From NCBI RefSeq assembly GCF_963921235.1, contig NC_086109.1:28150001-28214000 (forward strand): a DNA stretch of 64,000 nucleotides. The letters are read 5' to 3'. This DNA comes from Mobula hypostoma. Taxonomy: Eukaryota. Under the pieces are notes generated by a model. That model searched no databases. It had not been told where the DNA came from and worked only from the letters and a program-made list of their open reading frames with translations. Below are positions 13,375-26,070 of this stretch, piece after piece. How positions within the stretch are numbered: the first letter of the stretch is position 1; every line of letters starts with the position of its first letter. The position numbers and the translations under genes are program-made.

Positions 13375-13829
13375 CCTTTCCAGCTTTGTATTTTAGATGC
13401 TATTCATTATAATATTGGAGGTATGGTCACCACAGTGATTTTTGTCTATTTTCCGAATTGTGGACAAAATCGACTTAAGAAAATCTGTAAAACCAGAACC
13501 TGTTTATTGTCTGGAGCTAACCTGTATATTCTGTAATAGTAGCAGCCCCATTACCTGTTGTTGATGTAGTAGGGCTTCATGATAAATCCTGCATATGTGG
13601 ATGCAAGCTGCTTTGTAACGCAGGCAACCATAGCCCAACAAGCAACTTACTGTATGTCAATCTCTCTCAAGTCTGCATGTAAACACTGTCACTCAGCAGA
13701 AGTCACAGTTCAACAGTTTTGAACAATTAATTCATCTAAGTTTTTATTGTGAGTTCAGAGGCACAGTGCTTAGTACCAATCATAGCACGTTTACTAATAT
13801 CAAAATGCTACAGTAAAGAGCCATTAATA

Positions 13830-14031
13830 AACACTAAAGATTCTGCATTTGCTGGAAATCCAGAGCAATACACACAAAATGTTGTAGGAAGTCAGCTGGT
13901 CGGGCAGCATCCATGGAGAGGATCATAAGTCAATGTCTTGGGCTGAGACCATACTGGCTGAAAATGTTGTCAGTTTAGTCTTCTTCATAGATGCTGCGTG
14001 TGAATCCCTCCAGTATTTTGTGTGTGTTAAA
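13830..14031. mobile_element. Minimal inverted PLE made of two opposed pLTR ends
   Basis: The left arm is a minus-strand pLTR end with the tail; the right arm is a plus-strand pLTR end stopping at gtgtgtt. Flanks are ccattaata (13821-13829) and ccattacta (14032-14040). Confidence 0.75.
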
Positions 14032-14321
14032 CCATTACTATTCTTGCCACAGCTTTTGAAGCACTTAGCCAGGAGGTTTGTGGAACAAAGCAAAAAGTTT
14101 TATTGCTGAATCTTCCTGCTGATCCCTGGCAAGAAAGAAATTTTAGCCAGATTTCAAGGGGAAAGTGCCCTCCCTTATGGCCATTGACAATGGCATAAAT
14201 GTACAGGTCCAAGACTGCAATTTAGGGTGAGCCAGATTACAGATTTCAGCACAGTTGTCTCATACACGTGTAGGAGAATTGCTCCCTGAACAATCACATC
14301 AAAAGTGGCCTCCTGCAGGAA

Positions 14322-14842
14322 AACCGTTGGAAAGGAAGGGGGCAGACGTCAGAATCAGACGGTGGGGGAGGTGAAGGAATACAAGTTGGCAGGTGATAGG
14401 TGGAGACCAGATGATAGGTAAATGGGTGGGGTTGATGGGGGAGAGGGGATGAAGTTAGAAACTGGGAGGGGATGGGTAGAAGTGGTAAAGGGCTGAAGAG
14501 GAAGGAATCTATTTGGAGAGGACAGAAGACCATGGAAGAAAGAAACATAGGAGTTGATGGGGAGGTGAGAAGAGGAGAAGGCATGAGAGGTAACTAGAAT
14601 GGAGAACAGAGAAAGAGAAAAAGAGGAAATTGGAGGAGAAATTACCAGAAGCTGGGGATATTGATGCTCATGCCATCAGGTTGGAGGCTACCCAGAGAGG
14701 ATATGAGGTTTTTCACCTCTGAAATGAGTCTATCCTCATCATGGCAGTAGAGGAGGCAATGGACAGACATGTCATAATGGGAATAGGGAGTTGAACTGAA
14801 ATGGGCAGTCAATGGGAATTCCTGCCTTTTGTAACAGAGCAT
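14322..14842 (-). mobile_element. Decayed PLE fragment (GIY-YIG C-terminus and UTR)
   Basis: The ORF ends QEFPLTAHFSS...LISSLGSLQPDGMSINI, homologous to 29534-29995. Confidence 0.85.
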
Positions 14843-15167
14843 CCTCGTTCTGCTTCTAGCAGCTGTCATCCTTTGCACATCCTGTGCATTTTTACACAGA
14901 CAGAGGGAACAACCATTCATGTGTTCATGCAGAAGAACTGCAAGTTTGTGTGAAATCCTTAATGCCAAGATAAATCCCTTCATTTAGAGGCACATCACTT
15001 CTTGTGGACTTCAGCAAATTTAAATAACCTGAGAAGGCACTGAACATTAGAAAAATCTTAGCAACAGCCAGTAGAAATCAAATAGTAACACTTGTTAGTA
15101 GTGTGTGTTATCCCTTCAAAAAGTGCTGGTGAGGTGACAGTAGCAGGATGAGGAAGGGAATCTTTTG

Positions 15168-15310
15168 TAACACGTACAAAATGCTGGAGGAATTCATCAG
15201 GTCAGGCAGCATCGATGCAAAGGAATAAACAGTTGAAGTTTTGGGCTGAGACCCTTCAGCAGACTGGAAAGAAAGGGGGAAGAAGGCTGAATAAAGTGTG
15301 GGAAGGGGCA
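15168..15310 (-). mobile_element. PLE pLTR fragment with a decayed hammerhead
   Basis: The minus strand reads cagt ctgctga agggtctcagccc aaaa cttcaactg...gatgctgcctgacctg. Confidence 0.8.
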
Positions 15311-16484
15311 TCCTTTGTTTGCTTAGGTACATGTTCAGCTATGCAAGGTTAATGAGAGGTGGGCCTCAGAGACCAAAAAGGGCGACAATGGTGTCAAATG
15401 AGCATTGCAATCTATTGACTCACATATTTTGAAATTAGATAGCAAAGGGTTATATTTTAAGGTTTTTATCTCCGCATGTCAATAAACTGTTAATGGATAT
15501 GTTGCCTTGTCTTCTTCCTCCCATGTTCACATTTCCATTTATCATCCACTCAGAAGAATTTCCACACTTTGTATAATCATCCCTTTTTTTATTTAACTTA
15601 TCCTCCAACCCATCTAATGACAGAACTTTTCTTCTGCTCTCTCTTCCACTCCCACAATTCCTTGGTTTTAAATTTGTCCTCAGTTCTATTGACAGGTCAT
15701 TGAACTGAAACATTATCTTTCTCCCTCAACAGATGCTGCCTTGCCGCTCAGTATTTTCTAGTTTTATTTTAAATTTGCAGCTTTTTCTTTTAAGCCATTA
15801 CCTGCGTTATTTTGAAAACGAAGTTATCAAAGTCTAATTTTTCCTGTTTGAAGCCCAATCAAGTTTCTTTTCTCAAAAAATAGAGATTACATACCTCATT
15901 TAAATGATGGGAGGAAAATAATGCTTGCATTTGTGTTCAATGAAATGTGGTATTACTCTACTCTTGATTAAGTCATGTAAAACCCCATGAAATGAGGAAC
16001 TTGCTGGCTTTTGAGAATAGCTTGGCTGTATGACAGTAATACCTACTGTGAGTTAGCTGTTTGTGAAAGTTTGTACAAGAATTCACAAAGAAATAATTGC
16101 AGCGAAACAGATTTTTTTGGTGTTTCTATTTAAAATGCTTGTGGGGTGTTATCAGAGTGCCAGTGATTATGTAGAAAATAAACTTAACCACTCAAAATTG
16201 TAGATGGCTTCGGGTTAATTTTTTAAATAAATATTATTTTGGAAAAAAAAGTAAGTAAATTTAAATAAATAAAGGATGGAATTCTGTTTGTAAACTGGAT
16301 TATTCTCTCTGCACTGTCCTGTGATGGTCTGTTTTTCAATAATAACCACAGCATAAAACTATTAGGTTTCATACACAGAATTGTTTCTGCTGCATATTTA
16401 AGGGCTGTATAAATAATCACAGTAAAAATAGAGGATTTTACTGAAGAAAGATAGAATTTGCTATCAGGGTTTGTGAACAGTGGG

Positions 16485-16696
16485 CAGTCATGCTTTCTCT
16501 TCTACATTGGTGAGACCAGTCGCAAATTGGGAGACTGCTTTGTTGAACACCACTGCTTTACTTGCCTCAAGGGAAACTTCCCCCTTCCTTTCCAGTCCAC
16601 AAGAAGGGGCTTGGCCCAAAACATCGACTGTTTATTCATTTCCATAGATGTGGCCTGACCTGCTGAGTTCCTCCAGAATTTTGTGTGTGTGTTGCC
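16485..16696 (+). mobile_element. Internally deleted PLE
   Basis: FYIGETSRKLGDCFVEH is fused almost directly to the pLTR end (cagtccacaagaaggggcttggcccaaaacatcgactg...gtgtgtgttg). Confidence 0.85.
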
Positions 16697-17094
16697 ATGG
16701 TTGCTCAATCTGCTTTTAATGTACTTTTGACTGAGAAGTAAACACATGAAATAGCACATTGTCAACAATCTATATGGCTTGGGCTTCTAATATAATTGGC
16801 AGATTTGTTGTTTATTTCCAGTTCTAAGAACTGGAACCCATGTGATAACTGTAATGGTATTGACAGAAGGATCGGGCTAGGAAATGTGTGGAAATAAAAT
16901 TTTGTTGTCTTGTCTTATCAACTTCAGTATGTTCCAAGAAACAAAGTGATGCAGTCACTTAGGTAGCTCAGATTGAAATGTCTATGAAGATTGAGATAGA
17001 TTATATGCTGTTTTTCAATAGATAGTTATTTACACTGCATGAATAAAAAGTCCTTGCAAGTTGCCACCATAGCCAACATGACTAAAATGGAGTG

Positions 17095-19734
17095 TGCAGT
17101 TGCATTCTGCCCTCATCAGTGATCCAGAAGCAAATGCAATCAGGTGTTCAGATCCCATCTTTCATAATTTTTTGACAAAACAGCTCTAATGCCATAAGGG
17201 GACACATTACATACTAGTCTGATGTCAGGGATGGGTTATAATGGGTGAGCAGTTCATTGGATGTTATTAGTCTCTTTGTTTTCTTGAATGCTTTTCCATA
17301 ACTTTCTGACCATTTCCACCTTGCTCCTATCTGTAAAGGTGCGTTTAATGGATGCAGCACTGCAGCAATATTTGGGAGAAACCAGTGGTAGTAGTTTACA
17401 AGGCCCAAGTAAGACTTGAGTTGTGACACATTTTCCAGTTTGGGTCCTGTAGCACTGCTTCAATCTTCTCCTGTGACATATGGAAACCATGCTTGTCAAT
17501 GACATGTCCACAGTATGAGATTTCATTCTTGAAAAACTCATATTTCTCTCTCTTTCTGCACAGACCATGCTCATTCAGCCTGTTAAGTATTTTACCAAGA
17601 TTCTGGAGGAGCTCTTCATCATTTTTGCCAGTGCTGATGATGTTATTAAGGTAATAATTTGTTCCTGGGATATCTTGGAGTACATGGTCCATTGCTCTTT
17701 GCCAAATTGCTGAAGCTGACACAATGCCAAAGATGAGATGATTGTACTGGAATAGTCCCTTGTGAGTGTTGATTTTTGAGGAACTTCTTGCTTGACTCCT
17801 CAATCTCCATTTGCAGATAGGCTTGTGACAAATCAACCTTTGAAAACCTCTCCCTGCCTGCCAAAAATATTCATGGCAGCAGATACTGCACAATACGCAA
17901 CACTGGGTTGATGCTCACCTTGAAATCTCCACGTATGCGAATGGCTCCAACCTGCCCTTTCTTGATCACCAGGACAATGGGCATGGCCCTATCACACCAC
18001 TGAATCTTGGAGAGAATTCCAGACGCTCCAGCTCTGCAGTTCAGCATTTGCTTTAGGAAATAATGCGTAAGGCACGGGATGCTCTTTATGGAAGCTTGGT
18101 GTTGCATTTTCATCCAGTTCAGTTCTAGCCTTCGTGCCTTTGAGTTTACCAAGCACCTTGTCATTAGCATTAAGAAGCTGTACCAGTCTCTGGTTAGTGC
18201 TACCATTTGGGTTGCCATTGCCTGTTGATGTCACACTGCGAGCTTTGTATGCGTGCCAGTTTAGTTGAATTTTTCTCAACCATTCATGTCTGAAAAGTGC
18301 TGGTCCTCCAGTTTTCAATACATAAAGCTCTAACTGTTGTGTCTTGGCCTCCATATGTCACATTTACTTACAGTTTGCCTTTGGAGGCACTCTTTTGCCT
18401 GTATAGATCTTTAGCATCACTGAAGTAATCTCTAATTGTATCTTAGAAAACATTCTGTTGTAGTTAGTCTCTGTAATTATGGAGAAAGCTGACCGCATAT
18501 CCAGCCCCATTTTCAGTTTTACGCCAGTTTTGCTGTGATCCAGATGATCTTGTGATCTACAGTTATACTATGCAGTTCTAGGCATGACAGTTCACTTTTG
18601 TCAGAATCTATATTGTCTGATTCTGTTCTGCATTTTGTAACTTTATGCGTTTGTTGAGTTTTTGTGTTTGAGACTTTTCACCTGGTTGTGCTTTTTGTCT
18701 GCCTTGCACATTCACTTTATGTGACCTTGTCTGTGACACATTCTGCAGACTTTTTCTTTGAACCAACAGTCATTTGCATCATGGGAGGATTTGCCACATC
18801 GATAACATCTTTGGCTTTTTGCACCATTCAAGGACATTTTATGCATTTAACATTCTAATCTCCTTTTCTGTAGTTCTGCTGCATCCTTTGCTGCAGTCTC
18901 TAATGATATTGCAATGATCAATGCTCATTCTAAGGCTAGATCTCTTTCAGATAATAGCCTCTTTTGAGCCTGTCCCTGAATGCATCAGAAAGTCCGTCTC
19001 TAAAGTCACAGTACTGGGAAAGTTTGAACAGTTCCGCAATGTATTCCAAAATGCTTTCATCTTTTGACTGATTCCTTTTGTAAAATCTACTTATCTCAGC
19101 TACTACCAAAGGATTAGGGCTCAGGTGATTTTGCAAAATTGTAACAATTTCATGAAATGTTTTGCTTGCTAGCTTTTCACAGGTTACTAGGTAGTGAAAG
19201 AGACTGTACATTCTGTCACCCATTCAGCTAAGAGGTGTAGAGGCTTTCTCTTGCTCCTCCACGTTGTTCATGTTACAAGACAGTTCAACCCCGTCAATAT
19301 ATGGCTCCTAGGTTTAATTAGCACTACCAAATTTGTCAACTTTCCCGACTGAAGCCATCGCTTCTTATTGTCACTTTAAATTCAACCCTTCTTTCACTGT
19401 TACTCACGTGTTCCTTTGTTAGCGTCTGTGATGGCTTTCTCATGCTGTTTAACTCTCACTGTTTTGGCTCGTAACTTTCGATGCAGTTCCTGATAATTTC
19501 TGACATTCAAGTTTGTACTCGTCACCATTTTTTGTGTCTATGCACATCTACATATATATTAAATAAAAGCACACACTCGGGAGATGGCTATAACTGGTGC
19601 ATTCACATTGCAGCGAGAGGGAATGAGAGAGCAATGTGCATGTGTAGACAACAGCGCATGTGCAGATAACAGATCAATACACAGTGCCAGGGGGCTGAGT
19701 CATTGCTGTAAAAGAAATAGATCCATATATTACA
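17095..19734 (-). mobile_element. Decayed Ty3/Gypsy LTR retrotransposon (Mag-like): putative 5' LTR, PBS, gag, protease, RT and RNase H; 3' part missing
   Basis: Gag has KTFHEIVTILQNHLSPNPLVVAE..RFYKRNQ...CDF...RDRL. RT has IRIRGDFKVSINP, FSKVDLSQAYLQ, INTHKGLFQYN.L.FGI.SA.AIWQRAMD and LKSYLGLVNYY. The short LTR at ~19533-19734 is tentative. Confidence 0.9.
19518..19527 (-). promoter_or_regulatory. Primer-binding site, probably for tRNA-Ser(GCU)
   Basis: The minus strand reads TGGTGACGAG between the putative LTR and gag. It differs by one CpG transition from TGGCGACGAG, the complement of the vertebrate tRNA-Ser(GCU) 3' end. Confidence 0.65.
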
Positions 19735-19967
19735 TATGCACCTCAGAATATCTGTCCCACCATGCTTAAACTTTTGATTCCTGACTTTGTATGTAGGCTT
19801 AACATCTTCCTCTACAACCACTCCACTATCTGTTCTGGTGCTTTGGTTCCCATCTCCCATTTGGTTGCTAATTGGTTGCTAATAGGAACAATGCATTCCA
19901 CTGTATGTTTCGAGGTACATAAAGGGAATGATGAATAAAAAGTATCTGTATCCGATTCTGGTTGTTA

Positions 19968-22255
19968 GACCATAAGACTATAAGATGTAGGAGCTGAATT
20001 AGGCCATTCAGCCCATCAAGTTGCCTCCGCCATTCCATCATGGCTGATCCTGGATCCTACTCAACCCCATATACCAGTCTTCTCTCCATAACCTTTGTTG
20101 CCCTGACCAATGAGGAAACTATCAATTTTCACTTTAAATATACCCACAGTTTTGGGCTCCTCAGCTATCTGTGGCAGAGCATTCCACAGATTCACTGCTT
20201 TCTGGCTAAAAATGTTCCTTCTTACTTCTGTTCAAAAGAGTTACCCTTCAATTTTGAGGCACCCCTACCACAGGAAACACCTTCTCCATGTCCACCTTAT
20301 GTCCTTTCAACATTTGGTAGGTTTGAATGAGATCACTCTACATTCTTCTAAATTGCTTTGACTACAGGCCCAAAGCTGCCAACCGCTACTCACATGTTAA
20401 CCCCTTCATTCCTGGATTCATCCTTATGAACCTTCTCTGGACTCTCTCCAATGACAACACATCCTTCCTGAGATATGGGGCCCAAAACTATTGACAATAC
20501 TCCAGGTGCAGCTTAACTAGCATCTTATAAAGCCTCAGAATTATCTTCTTGTTTTTATATTCTCTTCCCCTTGAGATGAATGTTAACATTGCAGTTGCCT
20601 TCTTTACCACAGACTCAACCAGTAAACTAACCTTCTGGGACTCCCGCACAAGGACCCCTAAGTCCCTTTGCACCTTTGATGTTTAAATTTTCTCCCCATT
20701 TAGATAATAGTCTGCACTTTTGTTCCTTTTACCAAAATGCATTATCATTCATTTCCCAACACGGTATTCCATCTGCCACTTTTTTGGCCATTCTTTCAAT
20801 TTGTCTAAGTCCTTCTGCAATCACATTGCTTCTTCAGCACTCTCTACCCCTCCCCCTATCTTTGTATCATCTGCAAACTTTACCACAAAGCCATCAGTTT
20901 AACTATCTAAATCATTGACAAACAACATGAAAAGTCCCAATATTGACTCCTGAGGAACACCATGAGTTACCGGCAGCCAACCAGAAAAGGCCCCCTTTAT
21001 TCCCACTCATCTGTCTCCTGCCTGTCAGCCATTCCTCTATCCATGCCAGTGTCTTTCCTGTAAAGATATAGGATTTTATTTTGTTAATCAGCCTCATGTG
21101 TGGCACCTTATCAAATGCCTTCTGAAAATCCAAGTAAATGACATCCACTGTCTCCTCTTTGTCAATCCCGCTTGTTACTTTCTTGAAGAACTCTAACAGA
21201 TTTGTCAAGCAATATTTCCCTTCATAGAAACCATGCTGACTTTGACTTATTTTATCATTAGTCTCCAAATATCCAAAAACCTCATCCTTAATAATAGACT
21301 CCAACACATTCCCAACCACTGACTTTAGGCTAACTGGCCTATAATTTCCTTTCTCTTGCCTTCCTCCCTTCTTCCTCCGGGAATCAAGTGATTCTTGAAA
21401 GATCATGACCAATGCATCTGCTATCTCTTCACAACCTCTTTCTGAACTCTGCGATGTAGTCCACCTGGTTCAGGTAACTTATCCACCTTAAGACCTTTCA
21501 GTTTGCCTAGCACTTTTTCCTTTGTAATAACAATGACATTCACTCCTGCTTCCTAACACTCACAGACCTCTAGCACACTGCTAGTGTATTTCACAGTGAA
21601 GAATAATATAAAGTACTTATTAAGTTTGTCTGGCATTTCTTTGCCCCCATTACTACCTCCCCAGCATCATTTTCCAGTGGTCCAGTGTCAACTCTCACCT
21701 CCCTTTTACTCTTTATAAAACTGAAAAAACTTTTAGTATCCTGCTTTATATTATTGCCCATTTTTGCCCTCATATTTCATCTTTTCTCCTCTTACAGCTT
21801 TTTTTAGTTGCCTTTTGTTGGATTTTAAAAACTTCCTGATCTTCCAACTTCCCACTCACTTTTGCTATCTTATATGCCCTTCCCTTGGCTTTTATGCAGT
21901 CCTTAACTTCCCTTTTCAGCCCTGCCATTTGAGAACTTTTTCTTCTGTGGGACATATCTGTCCTAGATAAGTATTCCTAGAAAGTTCAGCTGCCCCTCTT
22001 GATCCGTCATCCCTGCCAGTATCCCACTTCAGTCTACCTGGGCATGCTCCTCGCTCATGCTTCTGTAACTCCCTTTATTCCATTGTGATAATGATACACA
22101 TGACTTATGCTTCTGCCTCTCAAATTGCAGTATGAATTCAATCATATGATCACTTCCTCCTCAGGGTTTCTTTACCTTAAGCTCCCAAATAAAATCTGGG
22201 TTATTGCACAACACCCAATCTAAGATAGACTTTCCCAGCATAGGCTCCAGCACAT
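19968..22255 (-). mobile_element. Decayed CR1 LINE (end of endonuclease, RT, 3' end)
   Basis: KGNYRPVSL.SVVG...SQHGF..GK.CLTNLLEFF...VDVIYLDFQKAFDKVPH and QRDLGVLV. Tail is accataagactataag. Confidence 0.93.
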
Positions 22256-22719
22256 GCTGAGGCACTATAGGTAACAGGGCTCATTTCTATGCTCTTCAAC
22301 TCTATGACTTTGTACTTATGAATGAGGTACTTTTGGTAATAGATATTGAAATCCATCATCTCAAGTGCATTCTTTGCCCTTGCTAGTCTCAATGTTTGAC
22401 ATGGAGGAATACTGATACATCAGCTGTCAAAGAATATTTTATAATAACCAGAAGGGCTTTTTTTGATCGTATTTGCCCTAATGCAATAAAACTTCATCTG
22501 AACCACTAATCGCATTTCTTTTTCTGCATTTGCTGATTGGCTTGGTATTTCACTTCTTGTTAAGCCCCTCACCCCTACTGGGGCATAGGCCACTGATAAA
22601 TCTTTCGTTTCCCAGGGATAGGGTCTTTCAAATATCTGTTGGCATTTCGGTAGCACTGGGTTTTGACAGGATGGGCTTGTTAGCCCTATGTCATTAATTT
22701 ACTTGTTCCTCAATTAGTT

Positions 22720-23142
22720 GTTAAATATGGAAAATGAGGTGGCTGTCCGTCATGTCCCACAACAATTGGAAACCTGTACAAAGGAGTTTTTAAAGTGGAG
22801 AAGCCATTGTTTTGGGGCAGTTCCACTCCAGAATTCTTTAATCCGGGTCCAGTGGTAAGAACAAACGTCACTGCTGGGGTCTTCCTTGGTTGCAGTGGAT
22901 GACCATGACTTCTTCTGTGCCTTTTTATGCTTCCACAGAGCACTGCAGAGCCACCTTCCTGTAGATCTCATCTGCCTGGTCCACCAGAGCTGACTTTGCA
23001 TGCTAGCACACACATGTCCCTGTCTCTCTGGGGTTTGAGGCCCACCTGGCTTAACTCACCTGTTGAAGCGAGGTGCCCGGGTGTGGCCACTGTTGCACGC
23101 AAACAGCTACTTGGAGCTACAGGTGAGAGCTGAGTTACCAAA
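22720..23142 (-). mobile_element. RTE-like LINE 5' region remnant
   Basis: The minus strand starts ctcagctctcacctgtagctcc...ggccacacccggg...taagccaggtg and resembles vertebrate RTE 5' UTRs. This is sequence recall only. Confidence 0.45.
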
Positions 23143-24432
23143 GATAAGCAAACTGTCCCAGAATGAAAATGACAAACCCTTTCACCAGAGGTTCTACCCC
23201 TCCTTGGACACCCATGCACCCCGAAATACGGATAATACATATAGTGGAACAACAATAAATGAATGAAAGGGAAAATGGATGAAAAGAAAATATCTGTAGT
23301 TTTCATGCTATTATCTTGTGCCACAATAATCCATGAGGTTTTCTTCTTGAATCAATATCTTAAAATGCAGATATTTTCTTATGACCATCCCACTTTTAAC
23401 CTTTTCAAATATTTATGTACAGAAATCCTTGAATTGTCATCTCAATATGGCAAAATAAAATGGTTACAACATTACATTGAAAATATTTAGCTCCTGTCAA
23501 CTAATAATGATACTATTTACACAGGAATCATCTGCTATTTCCAAGAAAGGGAAGGAAACATTCAATGATAAATAGTGAACAGTCACAGTGTCTCACTAAG
23601 GGCGGAAGACAGATCCATCACATCCTATTTTTAGTTTCATAGAAATGAAGCTGCTGTTTCTCTTTCAATTTAAAATAGTCTTTCTGGAAATAGACATGAA
23701 GACCCATCTGTACATTCTTGTTAGTAAAGGTTAAAAAAGGCAAACTCTATTATCTTCAGGGAAGCATTTCTATTAATTTGGTCCAGCTTAGCTCCTGAAA
23801 GTAAGTGAAGGGTAGACGTTTCAATTGTCCCCATTTGCTTTTATATTTGAATAAATATTGATAGATATGGAAGGGATGCTGCACTTTTCGAATGCTTATT
23901 AAAGATATCACAATGACAATTTGAACTCAATAAAGTGGCTCACATTTTTAAAAATACACTGGAGTATTTTCCATCACATTAGTATAGCAGCAAGATCGCT
24001 TTTTTCAGGATGCGAGTGAAAGGAATGCAGAATGAGGAAAATGATATAAGGCATTAAACTCATTTAGAAAGTAAAAGGTTTTCCATTGAAAATAATTACT
24101 CAGAAGACAAAGACTGATTTTGACAAGAAACACAAAAGGCTGGCTTTCTCAATCCTGTTTTCCAGTTAACAGCTTTTGCAATGCTGGCTTTCTATGAAGA
24201 AAAGCATTGACACAAAGTGCAGACACATTATCGAAATTGCTGCTGCATAATGGGAAGTTTGTATGCTCTTTTATTCTGTTTAGATAGTAAATAGAGACAC
24301 AGATGTACATTGATATACAAAGCAGATGCCACAAGTATTTGGAATATCACAATGCATGGGTCAATTCTTTTTCTAAAATTCCAAATTTTTATTCAATATT
24401 ATTGGAACTTCACATTAGCGAGGAAGTAAGCC

Positions 24433-26070
24433 ATCAGAATCAAGTTTGATGTTACTGGCATATGCTATGACATATGTTGTTTTAAGGTAGCAGTGCATTG
24501 CAATACATGTATAGAAAACTAAAATTACAATTATACATGTATGTGTGTGTATATATACACTTTTAATAGTATATAAATTAATAACGTAGTACAAAAACAG
24601 AGAAAAAAAGAAAATAAAATTGGGAGGTAGTATACATGAGTTCATTGTCCATTCAGAAATCTGATAATGTGGGGAAGAAACTGTTCCTAAAACAAGGAGT
24701 GTGTGTCTTCAGGCTCTTGTACCTCCTCCCCAATGGCAGCACTAAGAGGGCTGATGAGGGTCTTAAATGACAAATGCCACTTCTTTGAGGCATCGCCTTT
24801 TGAAGATGTCCTCAATGCTGTGATGACTAGTTCCCATGATGGAGGATGACGAGTTTGCAATTTTCCGCAGCTTTTTCCGGTCCTGTGCTGTGGCCCCTCC
24901 ATACCAGAAGATGATGCAACTGGTTAAAATGCTCTCCACAGTACATGTGTAGAAATTTGTGGGTGTCTTTGGTAAAATAACAAGTCTTCTCAAAACTCCT
25001 AATGAAATATAGCCACTGTCTATATAATTTTTTGTAATATTGGGCTTAGGATAGTTCTTAGAGATGTGGACAACCAGGAACTTGAAACAGCTCAACCTTT
25101 CCACTGTTCATCCTTCACTAAGGACTGCTTTATGTTTCTTTGACTTCCCCTTCCTGAAGCCCATAGTCATTTACTTTAACTTACTGATGTTGTTGGCAAG
25201 GTTGTTGTTTCGACACCACACAACCAGTTGATCTATCTCATTCCAGTACGCCTCCTTGTCACCACCTGCAATTCTGCCAGTAATAGTTATGCCATCGGAA
25301 AATCTTTAGATGATGCTTGAGCCATATTCAGCCACACAGTCATGGGTGGAAAGAGAGCTGAGCAGTGGGCGGGGGTGTTCTTTCCAATATGCACTGATTG
25401 TGGTCTCCCAGTCAGGAAGTCAAGGATTCAGTTGCAGAGGCCCTGGATTTGCAGCTTGTTGATTAGGACTAAGTGTACAATGGCATTGAACGCTGAGCTG
25501 TAATCAATAAACAGTAGCTTGACATAGGTATTGCTGTTGTCCTGTTGATCCAAGACAGGGTAGAGAGCCAGCAGGATTATTTCCACTGTAGGCCTATCGT
25601 AGCCTCTGGCAAATTGCAGCAGGTCCGGGTCCTTGCTTAAGCAGGAGTTGATTCTGTTCATGATCAACCTCTCAATGCACTTCATCACAGTAGATGTGAG
25701 TGCAACTGGGTGATAGTAATTGAAGCAGCTCACCTTGCTCCTCTTGTGCACTGGAATGATTGTCGCCCATTTGAAGAAGGTGGGGACCTCTGGCTGAAGC
25801 AGAGATTGAAGGTGTTAATGAACACTCCAGCTAGTTGGCTGGCACAAGTTGATACTGCCCGATCAGGACTCTGACGCCTTGCAAAGGTTCTCCCTCATGA
25901 ACGCTGTTCTGACATCAGCCTCCAAGACAGAGATTACAGGGTCAGCAGATGCTGCAGGGATTCACACAGGTGTAGATTTATTCTCCCTTTCAAAGCATGC
26001 ATAAACCATGTTTAGCTCAACTGGGGATGCAGCATTACAGCCATCATGACATTAAGTTTTGCCTCGAAGG
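24433..26070 (-). mobile_element. Decayed Rex1/Babar LINE
   Basis: CFNYYHPVALTSTVMKCIERL...[10 protein letters not shown] and FKFL.VHIS...FYTCTVESILTSCI. The 3' UTR ends near 24433. Confidence 0.9.
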
